From Candidatus Woesearchaeota archaeon (lineage in GTDB: Archaea > Nanobdellota > Nanobdellia > SCGC-AAA011-G17 > PNOQ01), in the NCBI GenBank assembly GCA_964481835.1, contig CAYZTT010000001.1, positions 9,964-73,963 on the forward strand: a stretch of 64,000 bases of DNA, read 5' to 3'. Shown here piece after piece: positions 1-9,332 of this stretch. Below the pieces are notes generated by a model. That model was given only the letters and a program-made list of their open reading frames with translations, was not told the origin of the DNA and did no database searches. The first letter of the stretch is position 1, and each line of letters begins with the position of its first letter. The position numbers were made by a program, and so were the translations under genes.

Positions 1-219
1 CCATACATCAAGCCCCCTCATTCTTTTGAATCTGAGTACTGCATCCTTCATCGAATTGTTCCATGCTTGGCCAATATGGATTCTCCCAGAGGTATAGGGA
101 GGCCCCTGCAGAAAATAGAATGGCTTTTTCCCCTTGCCTTTTTCTTTGTTCTTAGAGTAAATATTATTCTTTTCCCAGAATTCTACTATTTCTTTCTCTA
201 TCTTTCTGTGGTCAAACAT
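1..219 (-). CDS. ileS: Isoleucyl-tRNA synthetase, N-terminal fragment (gene continues past window start)
   Basis: The reverse-complement translation from the ATG at 217-219 gives MFDHRKIEKEIVEFWEKNNIYS...PFYFLQGPPYTSGRIHIGQAWNNSMKD, a class I aaRS HIGH-type motif in the archaeal IleRS context. It is truncated at the window edge. Confidence 0.7.
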   Translation of the reverse strand, partial: MFDHRKIEKEIVEFWEKNNIYSKNKEKGKGKKPFYFLQGPPYTSGRIHIGQAWNNSMKDAVLRFKRMRGLDVW

Positions 220-527
220 CCTTAATTCCTTGAGTTTTATTTTTGTTTAAATAATTTGCCATTGAAGAACCTCCCTTGCCTAGAGGCAGTACTAGATAAT
301 GATAGAAGTAATCTTAGTTATGGTGTTGATCATAATGGGTTTTTTGAGGGAGGGGGCCTATTTAAATGTTCCTTATTCCTTAAAAAACGAAAGATATTTA
401 TAATGGCTTCATCTCCCTTGTTTGTATGGAAGAGAATAATAAAGAAATAAACCTAAAAGAGAAGAATTGGAAGTTAAGCATGAAGGAAGTTATTAAATCT
501 GGTTGCTTAATCAACTCTAACTAATTT

Positions 528-1574
528 TTGGGTTTAAAGATGGAGATTGAACTGGGCGGAGAAGAATTTAAGAAAAAGTTATATGTTAGCCCGTTATATG
601 TTCAACTTGATTTGACCAATAAATGTAATTTGAATTGTGCGTATTGTTATAATCGAAATGTAAAATATTCTTCCGAATTGAGTGATATGCAACTTTTAGA
701 CATTGTTAATCAGATAAAAGAGGAAGTTAAACCTCTATTTGTGACTTTTTCTGGAGGAGAACCATTTGTTAGGAAAGAAATTATGTTTAGATTAATTAAA
801 ATATTGAAAGAATCGGATATTGAGATTTTTGTTAATACCAATGGGACTTTAATTGATGAATCTGTGGCTAAAAAAATTGGTGAATTAGATATAGATAAAA
901 TAAATATAAACTTGGATGGTATTGATAAAGAGAAACATGATAACCTAAGGGGATTACCTGGATGCTTCGATAGAGCATTAAAGGCCATTGAATTATTAAA
1001 AAAGCATGCCCCCACCGCCCTAGTTTCTATTCGTACTGTTATTACTAAAGAAAACTACGGAGAGATAGAGCACATTGCAAAGTTCGTTAAGGAAGTGGGG
1101 TTGAAAGAATATATGTTAATTGATTTCATACCCAAATATGATGATCATCATCTCATGATGAAGAAGGAGGAGTGGTTAGAATTTTATGAGATTTATAAAA
1201 AAATAAAGGAGCTTGGATTAAGAATTATTCCAAATCATGCCATTTTATTTTTGGAACGTAAAAGAGATGTGGGAATTCCATTTTGCATGGCCGGTAGAAT
1301 AAAGCTATCTATCGGGGCAAATGGAGATGTCTTTGCTTGCGATCATTTGAAAGAGAGAAAATTTGTTGCGGGCAATGTATTAACTGAGAAAATTTTAGAT
1401 ATCTGGCAGAATTCAGAAATCATAAATAAATTTAGAGGTTTAGAACCCAGTGAATGCAAGGGTTGTGATTTTGTAAAGCAATGCGAAGGAGGATGCCATG
1501 CAATGGCGTATTATATTCATAAAAATGTTGAAGGAATGGATCCATATTGTAAAATGGGATTAGAAAATGGGTAA
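528..1574 (+). CDS. Radical SAM enzyme with C-terminal SPASM domain
   Basis: It has a CNLNCAYC (CX3CX2C) radical-SAM cluster motif and GGEP. The C-terminus carries the Cys pattern of a SPASM/twitch auxiliary-cluster domain (C...C...CKGC...C...C...C). Confidence 0.8.
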   Translation: MGLKMEIELGGEEFKKKLYVSPLYVQLDLTNKCNLNCAYCYNRNVKYSSELSDMQLLDIVNQIKEEVKPLFVTFSGGEPFVRKEIMFRLIKILKESDIEIFVNTNGTLIDESVAKKIGELDIDKININLDGIDKEKHDNLRGLPGCFDRALKAIELLKKHAPTALVSIRTVITKENYGEIEHIAKFVKEVGLKEYMLIDFIPKYDDHHLMMKKEEWLEFYEIYKKIKELGLRIIPNHAILFLERKRDVGIPFCMAGRIKLSIGANGDVFACDHLKERKFVAGNVLTEKILDIWQNSEIINKFRGLEPSECKGCDFVKQCEGGCHAMAYYIHKNVEGMDPYCKMGLENG

Positions 1575-2556
1575 TGAATCTGGGTTACAAATATTAGAGA
1601 TAGAGATAACTACACGATGTAATTTAGATTGTAAACATTGTTATGTAGACAAATCTACCCCTTCCGACATGAAGGATGATTTATTGAAAAAGGTTATTGA
1701 TGAAGGGAGTATTTTAGCCCCCCATGACTTGATTTTTACTGGGGGTGAACCCCTTTTGTGCAGGGACCTCTTATTAAAATTTGCAAATTATGCTAAGAAG
1801 AAGAATTTTGAAAGAGTAGGCCTATTAACCAATGGCCTTTTGATTAATAGTGAAATTGCTAGGGAGTTAAGGGCATTCGATTTCGTACAATTAAGTCTTG
1901 ATGATGTAACCCATAACCGAGAAGGATATAGGATAGATTACTTGGATAGATTAAAACAGGTTGCCTCTCTTTTGAAAGAGGAAGGAATCCATGTGGTATT
2001 TATGTGCACAGTAAATAAACAAAATATAAAAAACATTGGTGCGATTGTTGATTTTGCCAAGAAACTAGGGGTACAAATAGGTTTTAATAGGACTTGCCCA
2101 GTGGGATCCGCCTGTGGATTGAATAAAAATGTTATTTTGGCGGAAGAAGGGCTGAGAGATGCCTTGGTATCAATCTCAAAATTTGTTGATGGAGCGCGGG
2201 TTCGCTGTTCTGACCCCTTGACTATTCTAGTAAATGAGGCTAAAAAGAAAAATGCCTTAGAGAGTGAGAAATCAATTGTTGGAGGATGCACTGCAGGAAT
2301 TGCAGGGTGTTACGTTGCAGTAAATTGTGATGTATACCCTTGCCCATTACTAAGGAAAGCAGTGGACAATGTTTCTGAAAAATCTTTGGTGGAAGTTTGG
2401 GAAACTAATGATATATTTACAAAATTTAGAGATAGAGATAACTTAAAGGGAAAATGCGGAAAGTGTGAATTGAGAAGTGGGTGTGGAGGGTGTAGGGCCA
2501 CGGCACTTTCAATCAAAAAAGATATCTTAGAATCAGACCCCTTCTGCTGGATTTAG
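1567..2556 (+). CDS. Second radical SAM/SPASM enzyme, overlapping upstream gene by 8 nt
   Basis: It has CNLDCKHC (CX3CX2C), GGEP, and a C-terminal Cys-rich SPASM-like segment (GGCTAGIAGCYVAVNCDVYPC...GKCGKCELRSGCGGC). It is translationally coupled to the 528-1574 gene. Confidence 0.8.
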   Translation: MGNESGLQILEIEITTRCNLDCKHCYVDKSTPSDMKDDLLKKVIDEGSILAPHDLIFTGGEPLLCRDLLLKFANYAKKKNFERVGLLTNGLLINSEIARELRAFDFVQLSLDDVTHNREGYRIDYLDRLKQVASLLKEEGIHVVFMCTVNKQNIKNIGAIVDFAKKLGVQIGFNRTCPVGSACGLNKNVILAEEGLRDALVSISKFVDGARVRCSDPLTILVNEAKKKNALESEKSIVGGCTAGIAGCYVAVNCDVYPCPLLRKAVDNVSEKSLVEVWETNDIFTKFRDRDNLKGKCGKCELRSGCGGCRATALSIKKDILESDPFCWI

Positions 2557-2590
2557 TTAGTTTTTTAAATTGTTTTAGATTTCTAGTTTT
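2557..2590 (+). terminator. T-rich tract downstream of the rSAM pair, possible archaeal oligo-T terminator
   Basis: A run of T-stretches (tagttttttaaattgttttagatttctagtttt) lies immediately after the stop codon. Confidence 0.25.
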
Positions 2591-3554
2591 ATGTCAATCC
2601 ATAAGGGAATCTCTGCCCGTAGTGGTTGGAAATTAGGTATCAGCCTATTTCTGTTGCTTATTGCAGGACAATCTCCGCAGGTAAATCGGCATTGGCAAAC
2701 ATTCATTGATCAGAGATTTGATATTGATAGTGACGGTATGCTGGAGCAAATAGCTTTGCAATGGAAAGTAAGTGAATTTAGGGGGATTGATTATCGGCTT
2801 GTGGTGAAAGATTTTGGTTATGGTGGAAGTCCGGAAAGGAGGGTAGAGTTCGATCTTGAGGGCAAACCCGATGTATTTGAAATCTCTGATGGCAATGATG
2901 ATGGAAACTATGAGTTGTTCTTGGAAACAGTAGATGGGAAAACTCGAGATAGATATAGGTTTCGGGGAAATGTCCGAGATGGGTTTGAGCTGCCAGTATT
3001 GGCAGGCACTAGGTATTCTAGATAATTTTATAAGCAGTTTATATTTCCCTTTTTTTATGTTTCTATACAGAATAAATCATCCGGATAATAAAGTTAGGGA
3101 AGAACCTCTGCCCTTTAGAGGATATGTTATCGATTATGGATTTGATGAATCGTATGGGGGCGATGTTGAGAGGGCTACAGAATTATTGCAGAGAGTTATG
3201 CAAAGATCTGGACCCACATGGTTTGCTACCAATATTGATTTTATGTTGGGCGTTTTCTGGGGAGACCCAGAGGGGCACCTGGGCGGGCCTGCACAGGTAA
3301 TGGACTTGTATGGATATATTTTGAATTAGGAATCTGCCCCTATTTCAGATGGCCCTGGCAACCCAGACGCAAAACCATATGTTTTGAAGAATGGAGTATG
3401 GCAATGTGCTAGGCCCACATTTTGTGAGGATAGTTTTATTATGCTGGGTAGAGAAGGGGAGCATCGGAGGCGGTGTGATAATCTTGAAACGGCGATGAGA
3501 ACGTGGCCAAATTTGGAGGATATTGAGCCTTCAGAGACGGTTGAGCTAAGTTAA
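2591..3554 (+). pseudogene. Disrupted gene for a signal-peptide-bearing secreted protein (frameshift plus in-frame TAG)
   Basis: Two overlapping ORFs in different frames (2591-3025 and 2934-3329). The frame of the second stays open after an in-frame TAG at 3327-3329, through to the TAA at 3552-3554. The N-terminus is signal-peptide-like (LGISLFLLLIAG). G+C is visibly higher than the flanks. Confidence 0.35.
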
Positions 3555-3561
3555 TTTTGAA

Positions 3562-3819
3562 ATGGAATTAAGCGAAAAATTGTATAGTTGGCTTATTGAA
3601 GAAGAATCTATTTCTGGAAGATTTGACCTATATCTGCTCTTTAGAGGAAAAGGGCTTGACCCTCGGGGGGCAATTTTGGGGGCTAGAGTATGTGAAGAAA
3701 CCTATATGCCTGAATTGAGAGAAAGAGGATATAACTTAGAAAGTATTCCTGACAAATTTGAACGTTTAGAAAAAAGTTTGGGTGCGTTGAATAGTTTATT
3801 TGATTTTGGAGAGAATTAA
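3562..3819 (+). CDS. Hypothetical small protein
   Basis: An 85-aa ORF with non-low-complexity composition and no recognisable motif. Confidence 0.25.
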   Translation: MELSEKLYSWLIEEESISGRFDLYLLFRGKGLDPRGAILGARVCEETYMPELRERGYNLESIPDKFERLEKSLGALNSLFDFGEN

Positions 3820-4442
3820 AGTGTGCATCTTATGTCATCTGAATCAAAGCTTTCATCGCTCCGGGTAAGTTGATCTGTACAGTCCCTCTTTATGTTGCAA
3901 CCATATCCTATCTCTTCCCAGGTGTTTTCATGGACATATGCATCTGCTGCCTCATTGTATACTCTTTCTGAGCCTGTTTTTTCCTCACATATTCCCTCGT
4001 AATTGTTTTCTTCCTGTGTTGTATCTTCTTCAATATCAGTTGTGTTGGTTTCTGTTGTCGTGTTAATTGTATCATTAATTGTATCTTCTTCAGTATTTGC
4101 AGTAGAATGCCCCTCAAGTTCGAATGGGGACAGGCCAGCCAGGAAAACTACTGAGATTACGATTAAGACAAATAATAGTACAGAAGGGATTACGATTAAT
4201 TTTGTGGATACCTTTTCTGGCATATGTTTTGGATCTTTGTGCCTGGTAAGTGTTAACTCTATAATTAATCCAATTATAAATCCAATTATTAACCAGATGG
4301 CAGTATTTAGGTAAATATTAGAAACAAATAAAGGAGCTACCTCAATTGCTGCCTTTTGATTTATTTGGTTGACTAGGTAAGTAATTACTCCAAAAACTAC
4401 GGCGAAATTCACTGCATTGAAAATGGGTACCTTGAGTCTCAT
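3816..4442 (-). CDS. Membrane protein with Thr-rich stalk and Cys-containing extracytoplasmic C-terminal region
   Basis: It has three predicted TM helices, a T/N/E-rich low-complexity segment (TINTTTETNTTDIEEDTT), and C-terminal cysteines. Confidence 0.4.
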   Translation of the reverse strand: MRLKVPIFNAVNFAVVFGVITYLVNQINQKAAIEVAPLFVSNIYLNTAIWLIIGFIIGLIIELTLTRHKDPKHMPEKVSTKLIVIPSVLLFVLIVISVVFLAGLSPFELEGHSTANTEEDTINDTINTTTETNTTDIEEDTTQEENNYEGICEEKTGSERVYNEAADAYVHENTWEEIGYGCNIKRDCTDQLTRSDESFDSDDIRCTL

Positions 4443-4467
4443 AGTATTCTTTATTTGTTTTTTGTTT

Positions 4468-6615
4468 TTAAAGTTTTTTGTTTCTCAATAGATTGGCATT
4501 TGTGACTACAGTGATACTTGAGAGGGCCATTGCTAGCTCTGCGATCACTGGACTAAGAATCCCGGTCATTGCAAGAGGGATAGCTATGACATTATAGAAG
4601 AATGCCCAAAATAGATTTTGTTTAATTTTTGAGAAGGTTGATTTAGATAAATTGATCGCTTGTACTACGCCTATGAGAGATCCTTTCGCCAAAACTATAT
4701 CTCCTGATTCTATTGCAATATCTGTCCCTGTACCCATAGCAATTCCAACATTTGCTTGTTTTAGTGCAGGAGCATCATTAATTCCATCCCCTACAAAAGC
4801 TACAAATCCTTTCTTTTGAAGTTCCTTGATTTTTTTAGATTTATCTTCTGGCAAAACTTTTGCGATTGCTTCTTTGATCCCTACTTGCTTTGCAATGGCG
4901 TTAGCCGTAATTTCATTGTCCCCCGTTAGCATAACTGTCCTGTATCCTTGCCGGTTTAGTGCCCTGATAGATTTTATCGAGTCATTTTTTAGGGCATCTG
5001 CAACCCCAATAACCCCAATAACCTTCTTATTCTCTGAGACTATCATTGTTGTTTGGCCCTGTTCTTCAAATTCCTTTATTTTTTCGGAGAGTCCTCTTAG
5101 ATTAACTTTATTTTCCTGCATTAGGGATTCATTGCCTATTAAAATCTTTTTAGTGCCTATTGTACCTTGAATTCCTTTCCCCCGAATGTTTTTGAAATTT
5201 TTTACTGGCCTATATCTTTTTAGGTTAGCTTTCTTTACGATGGCTTTTGCTATTGGATGTTCAGATAATTTTTCAAGGCTCCCTGCGATTTCTAATAATT
5301 GTTTTTTGTTTTTTGCGTGGATGTTAATTACTTCTGGTTGGCCTTTTGTTATTGTTCCAGTTTTATCAAATACAATTGTTTTTATTTCTTTCATGGTTTG
5401 GATTGCTTCTCCTTTTCGGATTAGAATTCCTTTTTTGGCCCCCATCCCGGAACCCACCATTAGAGATATTGGTACTGCTAGCCCTAATGAACATGGGCAA
5501 GCAATAACTAATACTGCTATGGCCACCCCAATCGCTCTGCTCATTTCTGCAGGCAGGATAAATACCCAAAATAAAAATGTTAACACAGAGAGTACTAAAA
5601 TAACGGGAACGAATATATTTGTTATTTTGTCAGCTATTTTTTGAATTGGAACTTGCGTTCCTTGTGCTTCTTCCACCAGCTTAATTATGTGGGACAAGAA
5701 AGTATCTTTTCCTATTTTTGTGGCCTTTACATATAAAATTCCATCCTGGTTTATTGTTGCGCCAATTACGTGACCCCTTAATTTCTTTTCTACTGGTAGA
5801 CTTTCTCCAGTTACCATAGATTCATCAACACTACTGGCCCCCCTTGTTATTATTCCGTCTGTGGGAATTTTTTCTCCAGGCTTTACTATAAAAATATCGC
5901 CAAGCTTAACCTCCGAAATTGGGAGTTCTATTTCTTCTTTTCCTCTTAAAACTCTTGCTTTCTTTGCCCCCAGTTCTAATAGCTTTTTTATTTCTGATGT
6001 TGCTTTTCCTCTTGCTCGATCTTCAATATACTTTCCAGTTATGAAGATTGTCATAATCATCCCAGAAACTCCGGAGAAATCTTGGATAGGCATGAAAAAA
6101 CTTAATATCCCTGTTGAAAATGCAATCACAGTACCTAATGCTATTAGGGAATCCATAGTAAAATATAATTTGTAAAATCCTCGTAGGCCTGCTTTTATTG
6201 TTGAAAATCCGAATATGAAGATAATTGGGAATGATAAAATTAACATTATTGGGGTCATTATATCCATCGAAACAATGGCTGTGCCAATTAATTTCTCAGA
6301 ATACATAATAAACATTATTGGGATTGTAAGTAACCAAACTCCGATTAGTTTGGTTAGCCAAAATTTAGTTTTTTTAGAAGGAGAAGCTGAAGAAGATGAT
6401 TCTTCAAATTCAACTTCTTTTGGATTGAAACCAGCATCTTTTATTGCAGCTTTTAGTTTATCTTTGCTTACCTTCTTATCTACTTCAAGAAAGGCTTTTC
6501 CCGCAATAGGATTTACGTTTATGTTATTTGTTCCTTTTATTTTTGAAAGACTCCTCTTTACGTTACTAGCACAGCTGGCACAATGCATTCCTTCTATGTT
6601 TATCTTGGCCTTCAT
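4468..6615 (-). CDS. copA: Copper/heavy-metal translocating P1B-type ATPase
   Basis: The N-terminal HMA domain has GMHCASC. It has the CPC transmembrane metal site (ACPCSLGLA), DKTGTIT phosphorylation motif and GDGINDAP hinge. Length is 715 aa. Confidence 0.9.
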   Translation of the reverse strand: MKAKINIEGMHCASCASNVKRSLSKIKGTNNINVNPIAGKAFLEVDKKVSKDKLKAAIKDAGFNPKEVEFEESSSSASPSKKTKFWLTKLIGVWLLTIPIMFIMYSEKLIGTAIVSMDIMTPIMLILSFPIIFIFGFSTIKAGLRGFYKLYFTMDSLIALGTVIAFSTGILSFFMPIQDFSGVSGMIMTIFITGKYIEDRARGKATSEIKKLLELGAKKARVLRGKEEIELPISEVKLGDIFIVKPGEKIPTDGIITRGASSVDESMVTGESLPVEKKLRGHVIGATINQDGILYVKATKIGKDTFLSHIIKLVEEAQGTQVPIQKIADKITNIFVPVILVLSVLTFLFWVFILPAEMSRAIGVAIAVLVIACPCSLGLAVPISLMVGSGMGAKKGILIRKGEAIQTMKEIKTIVFDKTGTITKGQPEVINIHAKNKKQLLEIAGSLEKLSEHPIAKAIVKKANLKRYRPVKNFKNIRGKGIQGTIGTKKILIGNESLMQENKVNLRGLSEKIKEFEEQGQTTMIVSENKKVIGVIGVADALKNDSIKSIRALNRQGYRTVMLTGDNEITANAIAKQVGIKEAIAKVLPEDKSKKIKELQKKGFVAFVGDGINDAPALKQANVGIAMGTGTDIAIESGDIVLAKGSLIGVVQAINLSKSTFSKIKQNLFWAFFYNVIAIPLAMTGILSPVIAELAMALSSITVVTNANLLRNKKL

Positions 6616-6652
6616 TTTTTAACTCCCAATTTTATAAAGAAAAAAAGAATAT

Positions 6653-7108
6653 TTAAAACCTATATTTTCCTGCTTCAATGTCAGAGTGTTTTATAACTAA
6701 TGTTCCTCCTTGAATTTCGCTGGGTAGGTAGCCTGGCCAACACCCTCCTCCGGCCCTATTTTCAGTTCCTAAGCCACTTATTGGATATTTATTTCCACAG
6801 TTATTGCAGATCATTTGAGCTCCTTCTTGCCTATAGCCTTTCTTGCTTCCGTAGCAAACATCGCAGGCGTCAAACGCAGTCTTTATGGATCCATCAGATG
6901 ATTTTACGGCAAAGAATTTTACCTTTTTTCCATCTGCATCGTACTCATACCATTTTGCTTCTTCAGTTATCTCTGTTAAAGGAATCTCAGTTATACCTGT
7001 TGTTAGAGGTATAGTTTGTGTGGCATTGCCTGTTGTAGTTCCCTTGCTAATAAAGAAAATTGCTGCAAGGAGTACTAGCATTGTTATTATTATTGTTTTC
7101 TTCTTCAT
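6653..7108 (-). CDS. Signal-anchored Cys-rich protein with zinc-ribbon-like CxxC-x15-CxxC module (start trimmed to internal ATG at 7106-7108)
   Basis: It begins MKKKTIIITMLVLLAAIFF (signal/anchor) and contains CDVCYGSKKGYRQEGAQMICNNCG and GGGCWPG. It lies immediately downstream of a second Cys-rich membrane protein and next to copA. Confidence 0.4.
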   Translation of the reverse strand: MKKKTIIITMLVLLAAIFFISKGTTTGNATQTIPLTTGITEIPLTEITEEAKWYEYDADGKKVKFFAVKSSDGSIKTAFDACDVCYGSKKGYRQEGAQMICNNCGNKYPISGLGTENRAGGGCWPGYLPSEIQGGTLVIKHSDIEAGKYRF

Positions 7109-7109
7109 T

Positions 7110-7859
7110 TTATTTATTGTAGTTGCATGTTGGGCTTCCGCAACTTCCTCCACATGTTCCTGCGCCCCCACACCCTCCAGAACAAGATCCCCCTGGAGAG
7201 TTTGATGCCGTATTTGGTTGTACTTGCTGAACTCCCGTATTTTCCCCTAGTACCGTGGCAGGATATTCTTCAAATACATCTAGAGAAAGGATTTCTTCTT
7301 TGGATGTTACCGAAGAATCATAGTAAACCTCGAAATCATTTGGGAAAGTATATTCTGATCCCTTAACCCCTTCAATAGTACTTAGTTCATTAGTTATTAA
7401 TGGTGCATGGCCGGGACAAGGAATGTCTACAGATATCTTTAGTATATCAGAACCCAGTGCATCCGTTTCGGTTACTCCGCCTGTTGCAGATGCCAAGAAA
7501 GGGAATACTAAGAATATTAACAAAATATTAATTCCCACGGTTGACCCATACATTGTTGTTAGGTATTTCTTCTTTTTCTTTATCCCTGCTTTTGAGAGGA
7601 GTTTATTTTTTCTCAGGTATATGTATGCGGAAATAGTTGCAAATACAACCGATATCAATATTAAATAATAAAAAATATTTCTATTTAGTAATAATGGTTT
7701 GAAGAACTGCATTAGTACTGTTGTTCCTAAGACTGCTGCAATAATGAAGAGTATACACCCTATGTGAGGAACTAGGCCATAAATTATGCCCATAAACGGA
7801 TTATCGCCTTTGTATTCTTTCTTTGGCTTGCAACAATCTGGTAGATTATCTTTTTCCAT
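7110..7859 (-). CDS. Putative metal-binding membrane protein (N-terminal CC motif, 3 TM, HMA-like domain, C-terminal Cys/Gly-rich tail)
   Basis: DCCKPKK at the N-terminus. The segment VDIPCPGHAPLITNELSTIEGVKGSEY resembles a ferredoxin-like metal-binding fold. The tail is GGSCSGGCGGAGTCGGSCGSPTC. Confidence 0.35.
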   Translation of the reverse strand: MEKDNLPDCCKPKKEYKGDNPFMGIIYGLVPHIGCILFIIAAVLGTTVLMQFFKPLLLNRNIFYYLILISVVFATISAYIYLRKNKLLSKAGIKKKKKYLTTMYGSTVGINILLIFLVFPFLASATGGVTETDALGSDILKISVDIPCPGHAPLITNELSTIEGVKGSEYTFPNDFEVYYDSSVTSKEEILSLDVFEEYPATVLGENTGVQQVQPNTASNSPGGSCSGGCGGAGTCGGSCGSPTCNYNK

Positions 7860-7908
7860 GAGAACTTTATTATTATCCTTTTATATAACCGCTTTGGTGA
7901 AACTAGTT

Positions 7909-8376
7909 TCACTCCTTTAGAACTATGATATTATTCATTCCTCTTCGTTTTCTTTCAATAATTTGTTTGGATTCTAATTTGTCTAGAAGCCTTGTTGTCT
8001 TAACTTTCCCTATTTCGAGCTTTTCCATTAGATCTCTTTGGAACATTGCTTTGTTCTCTTTTCTGAGTAATTTTACTACGTTTAGCTCTTCCTCGTTTAA
8101 CCCAGTTGTGTTTACTTTCTTTGCTTTTTCTTTTTTTATGATAGTTTTTGTTTCGGGTTTTGAGAACATTATGAATAACCCAATGAATAAAATAAATCCT
8201 GTAACTACCAGGCTAATATTTGTTTGTGTGGCGATAGTATCATACATCGTACATTCTGGCCCATGGCTACAACTTTGTGATACTATACTTTTCATTGAAA
8301 TATTGAATGTGAAGATAATAATGGCTAGAATTATTGCTATTGCCACGATTAATATCCCTACATTTTTGTTTTTCAT
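7909..8376 (-). CDS. Membrane-anchored winged-helix transcriptional regulator
   Basis: The start is trimmed to MKNKNVGILIVAIAIIL (TM helix). The C-terminus reads LNEEELNVVKLLRKENKAMFQRDLMEKLEIGKVKTTRLLDKLESKQIIERKRRG, which is typical of MarR/TrmB-like wHTH. Confidence 0.5.
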   Translation of the reverse strand: MKNKNVGILIVAIAIILAIIIFTFNISMKSIVSQSCSHGPECTMYDTIATQTNISLVVTGFILFIGLFIMFSKPETKTIIKKEKAKKVNTTGLNEEELNVVKLLRKENKAMFQRDLMEKLEIGKVKTTRLLDKLESKQIIERKRRGMNNIIVLKE

Positions 8377-8411
8377 AGAAAAAGAAGAAAATGGGTGTTT
8401 ATAATGTTTAT

Positions 8412-8645
8412 CTATTGCTGTTCTTTTATTGCTGGTTGCGCTTTTGCCACTTGTTGTTCTTTTTTGAACATTAATGCAAATGGCCTTATTGCAGCCAGTA
8501 TTCCTATTGCTAGGTACCAGTACCACTCTAATGCTAGAAGTCCTGACCACAACTTTGCAACCATTAATATTATTGCTGCGGTGCTTAACTTAATTAGAGA
8601 TATGTCAAACCATTTAAGATTCTTTAACATAGTTTTTATGCACAT
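8412..8645 (-). CDS. Small membrane protein
   Basis: 77 aa with two predicted TM helices, directly upstream of the membrane-anchored regulator. Confidence 0.3.
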   Translation of the reverse strand: MCIKTMLKNLKWFDISLIKLSTAAIILMVAKLWSGLLALEWYWYLAIGILAAIRPFALMFKKEQQVAKAQPAIKEQQ

Positions 8646-8679
8646 CGAATATCACCTCTATTATTCCCTTTATTTGAGG

Positions 8680-9243
8680 TTATTTAAGTTTTACTCTTCT
8701 TCTATAAAAGTCTGCTATAAACATATTCTCCGTAAAAGCTAGTGCAGGTAGGCCGATTAGGACAATACACATAACTACAAAGATTATTGCTAACAGGATG
8801 CTTTTTAAGATGGCAACTATATAATCCCCTAGATCTGTGAACACTGGTTTTAATGCTTTAAATTCGAAATAGGAACTTACTGTCCCTTTTACGAAGAAAT
8901 TTATGGTCAGTATTGGTACTATGAATAATTCCAATAGAACAGTAACAAAGTCTTCTGCACCTTTACCAAAGAGACCAAACCCTTCTGTGATTAAGAAATA
9001 TACTAGTATGAAGGGTATTGCTTTCAGAAACATAAAAAATCCTAGTTTAAAATCAGATTTGAATTGGAAAGTTGGTAATTTTTTGAATTTTCCGTTGGTA
9101 AACTCTTTAATAATTCTAATCCCATAACCACCTAACGGGAACCAACCAATGATCGGTAAAAGTATCCATAGAATATTCCACATTCCTTTTGCTCTGTTAA
9201 AGGGATAGCTGAAAGCTGTCTTGAATCTTAATGTTTTCATCAT
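8680..9243 (-). CDS. Polytopic membrane protein (DUF4013-like)
   Basis: 187 aa with 4-5 hydrophobic helices and a GWFPLGGYG motif. Confidence 0.4.
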   Translation of the reverse strand: MMKTLRFKTAFSYPFNRAKGMWNILWILLPIIGWFPLGGYGIRIIKEFTNGKFKKLPTFQFKSDFKLGFFMFLKAIPFILVYFLITEGFGLFGKGAEDFVTVLLELFIVPILTINFFVKGTVSSYFEFKALKPVFTDLGDYIVAILKSILLAIIFVVMCIVLIGLPALAFTENMFIADFYRRRVKLK

Positions 9244-9303
9244 ATTGAAAGGTTTATTGTGTATTTAAGGTTTTTTAATTTCTTGTCAATCACACCCAAA
9301 ATA

Positions 9304-9313
9304 CTTATAAATT
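9304..9313 (+). promoter_or_regulatory. TATA-box-like element upstream of rfcS, consistent with a leaderless transcript
   Basis: The sequence cttataaatt lies about 20 nt upstream of the ATG at 9333. Confidence 0.3.
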
Positions 9314-9332
9314 AAATGACTTTCTCCCAAGT

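Noticed and set aside
256-450. A 64-aa ORF (TTG start) between ileS and the first rSAM gene, considered as a RiPP precursor peptide.
   Set aside because: It lies in the divergent promoter region, uses a non-ATG start, and contains TATA-like elements (aaagatatttataatgg). It is more likely non-coding regulatory DNA. Only the tiny 404-451 micro-ORF was kept as a speculative note.
3327-3329. An in-frame TAG, considered as pyrrolysine or stop-codon recoding.
   Set aside because: TAG clearly terminates well-defined genes elsewhere in the window (e.g. rfcS at 10263-10265), and TGA and TAA are also used as stops (radB, the rSAM genes). Standard code with a pseudogene is the simpler explanation.
710-6175. 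Numerous antisense or out-of-frame ORFs inside well-supported genes, e.g. 710-1015, 1938-2291, 2310-2516, 4826-5170, 5186-5644, 5861-6175.
   Set aside because: They are shadow ORFs with low-complexity or hydrophobic composition, nested in genes with strong motif support (the rSAM genes and copA). The same applies to other nested ORFs in the track (e.g. 24159-24581, 25323-26072, 30740-31183, 47700-48397, 48413-48799, 57560-58543).
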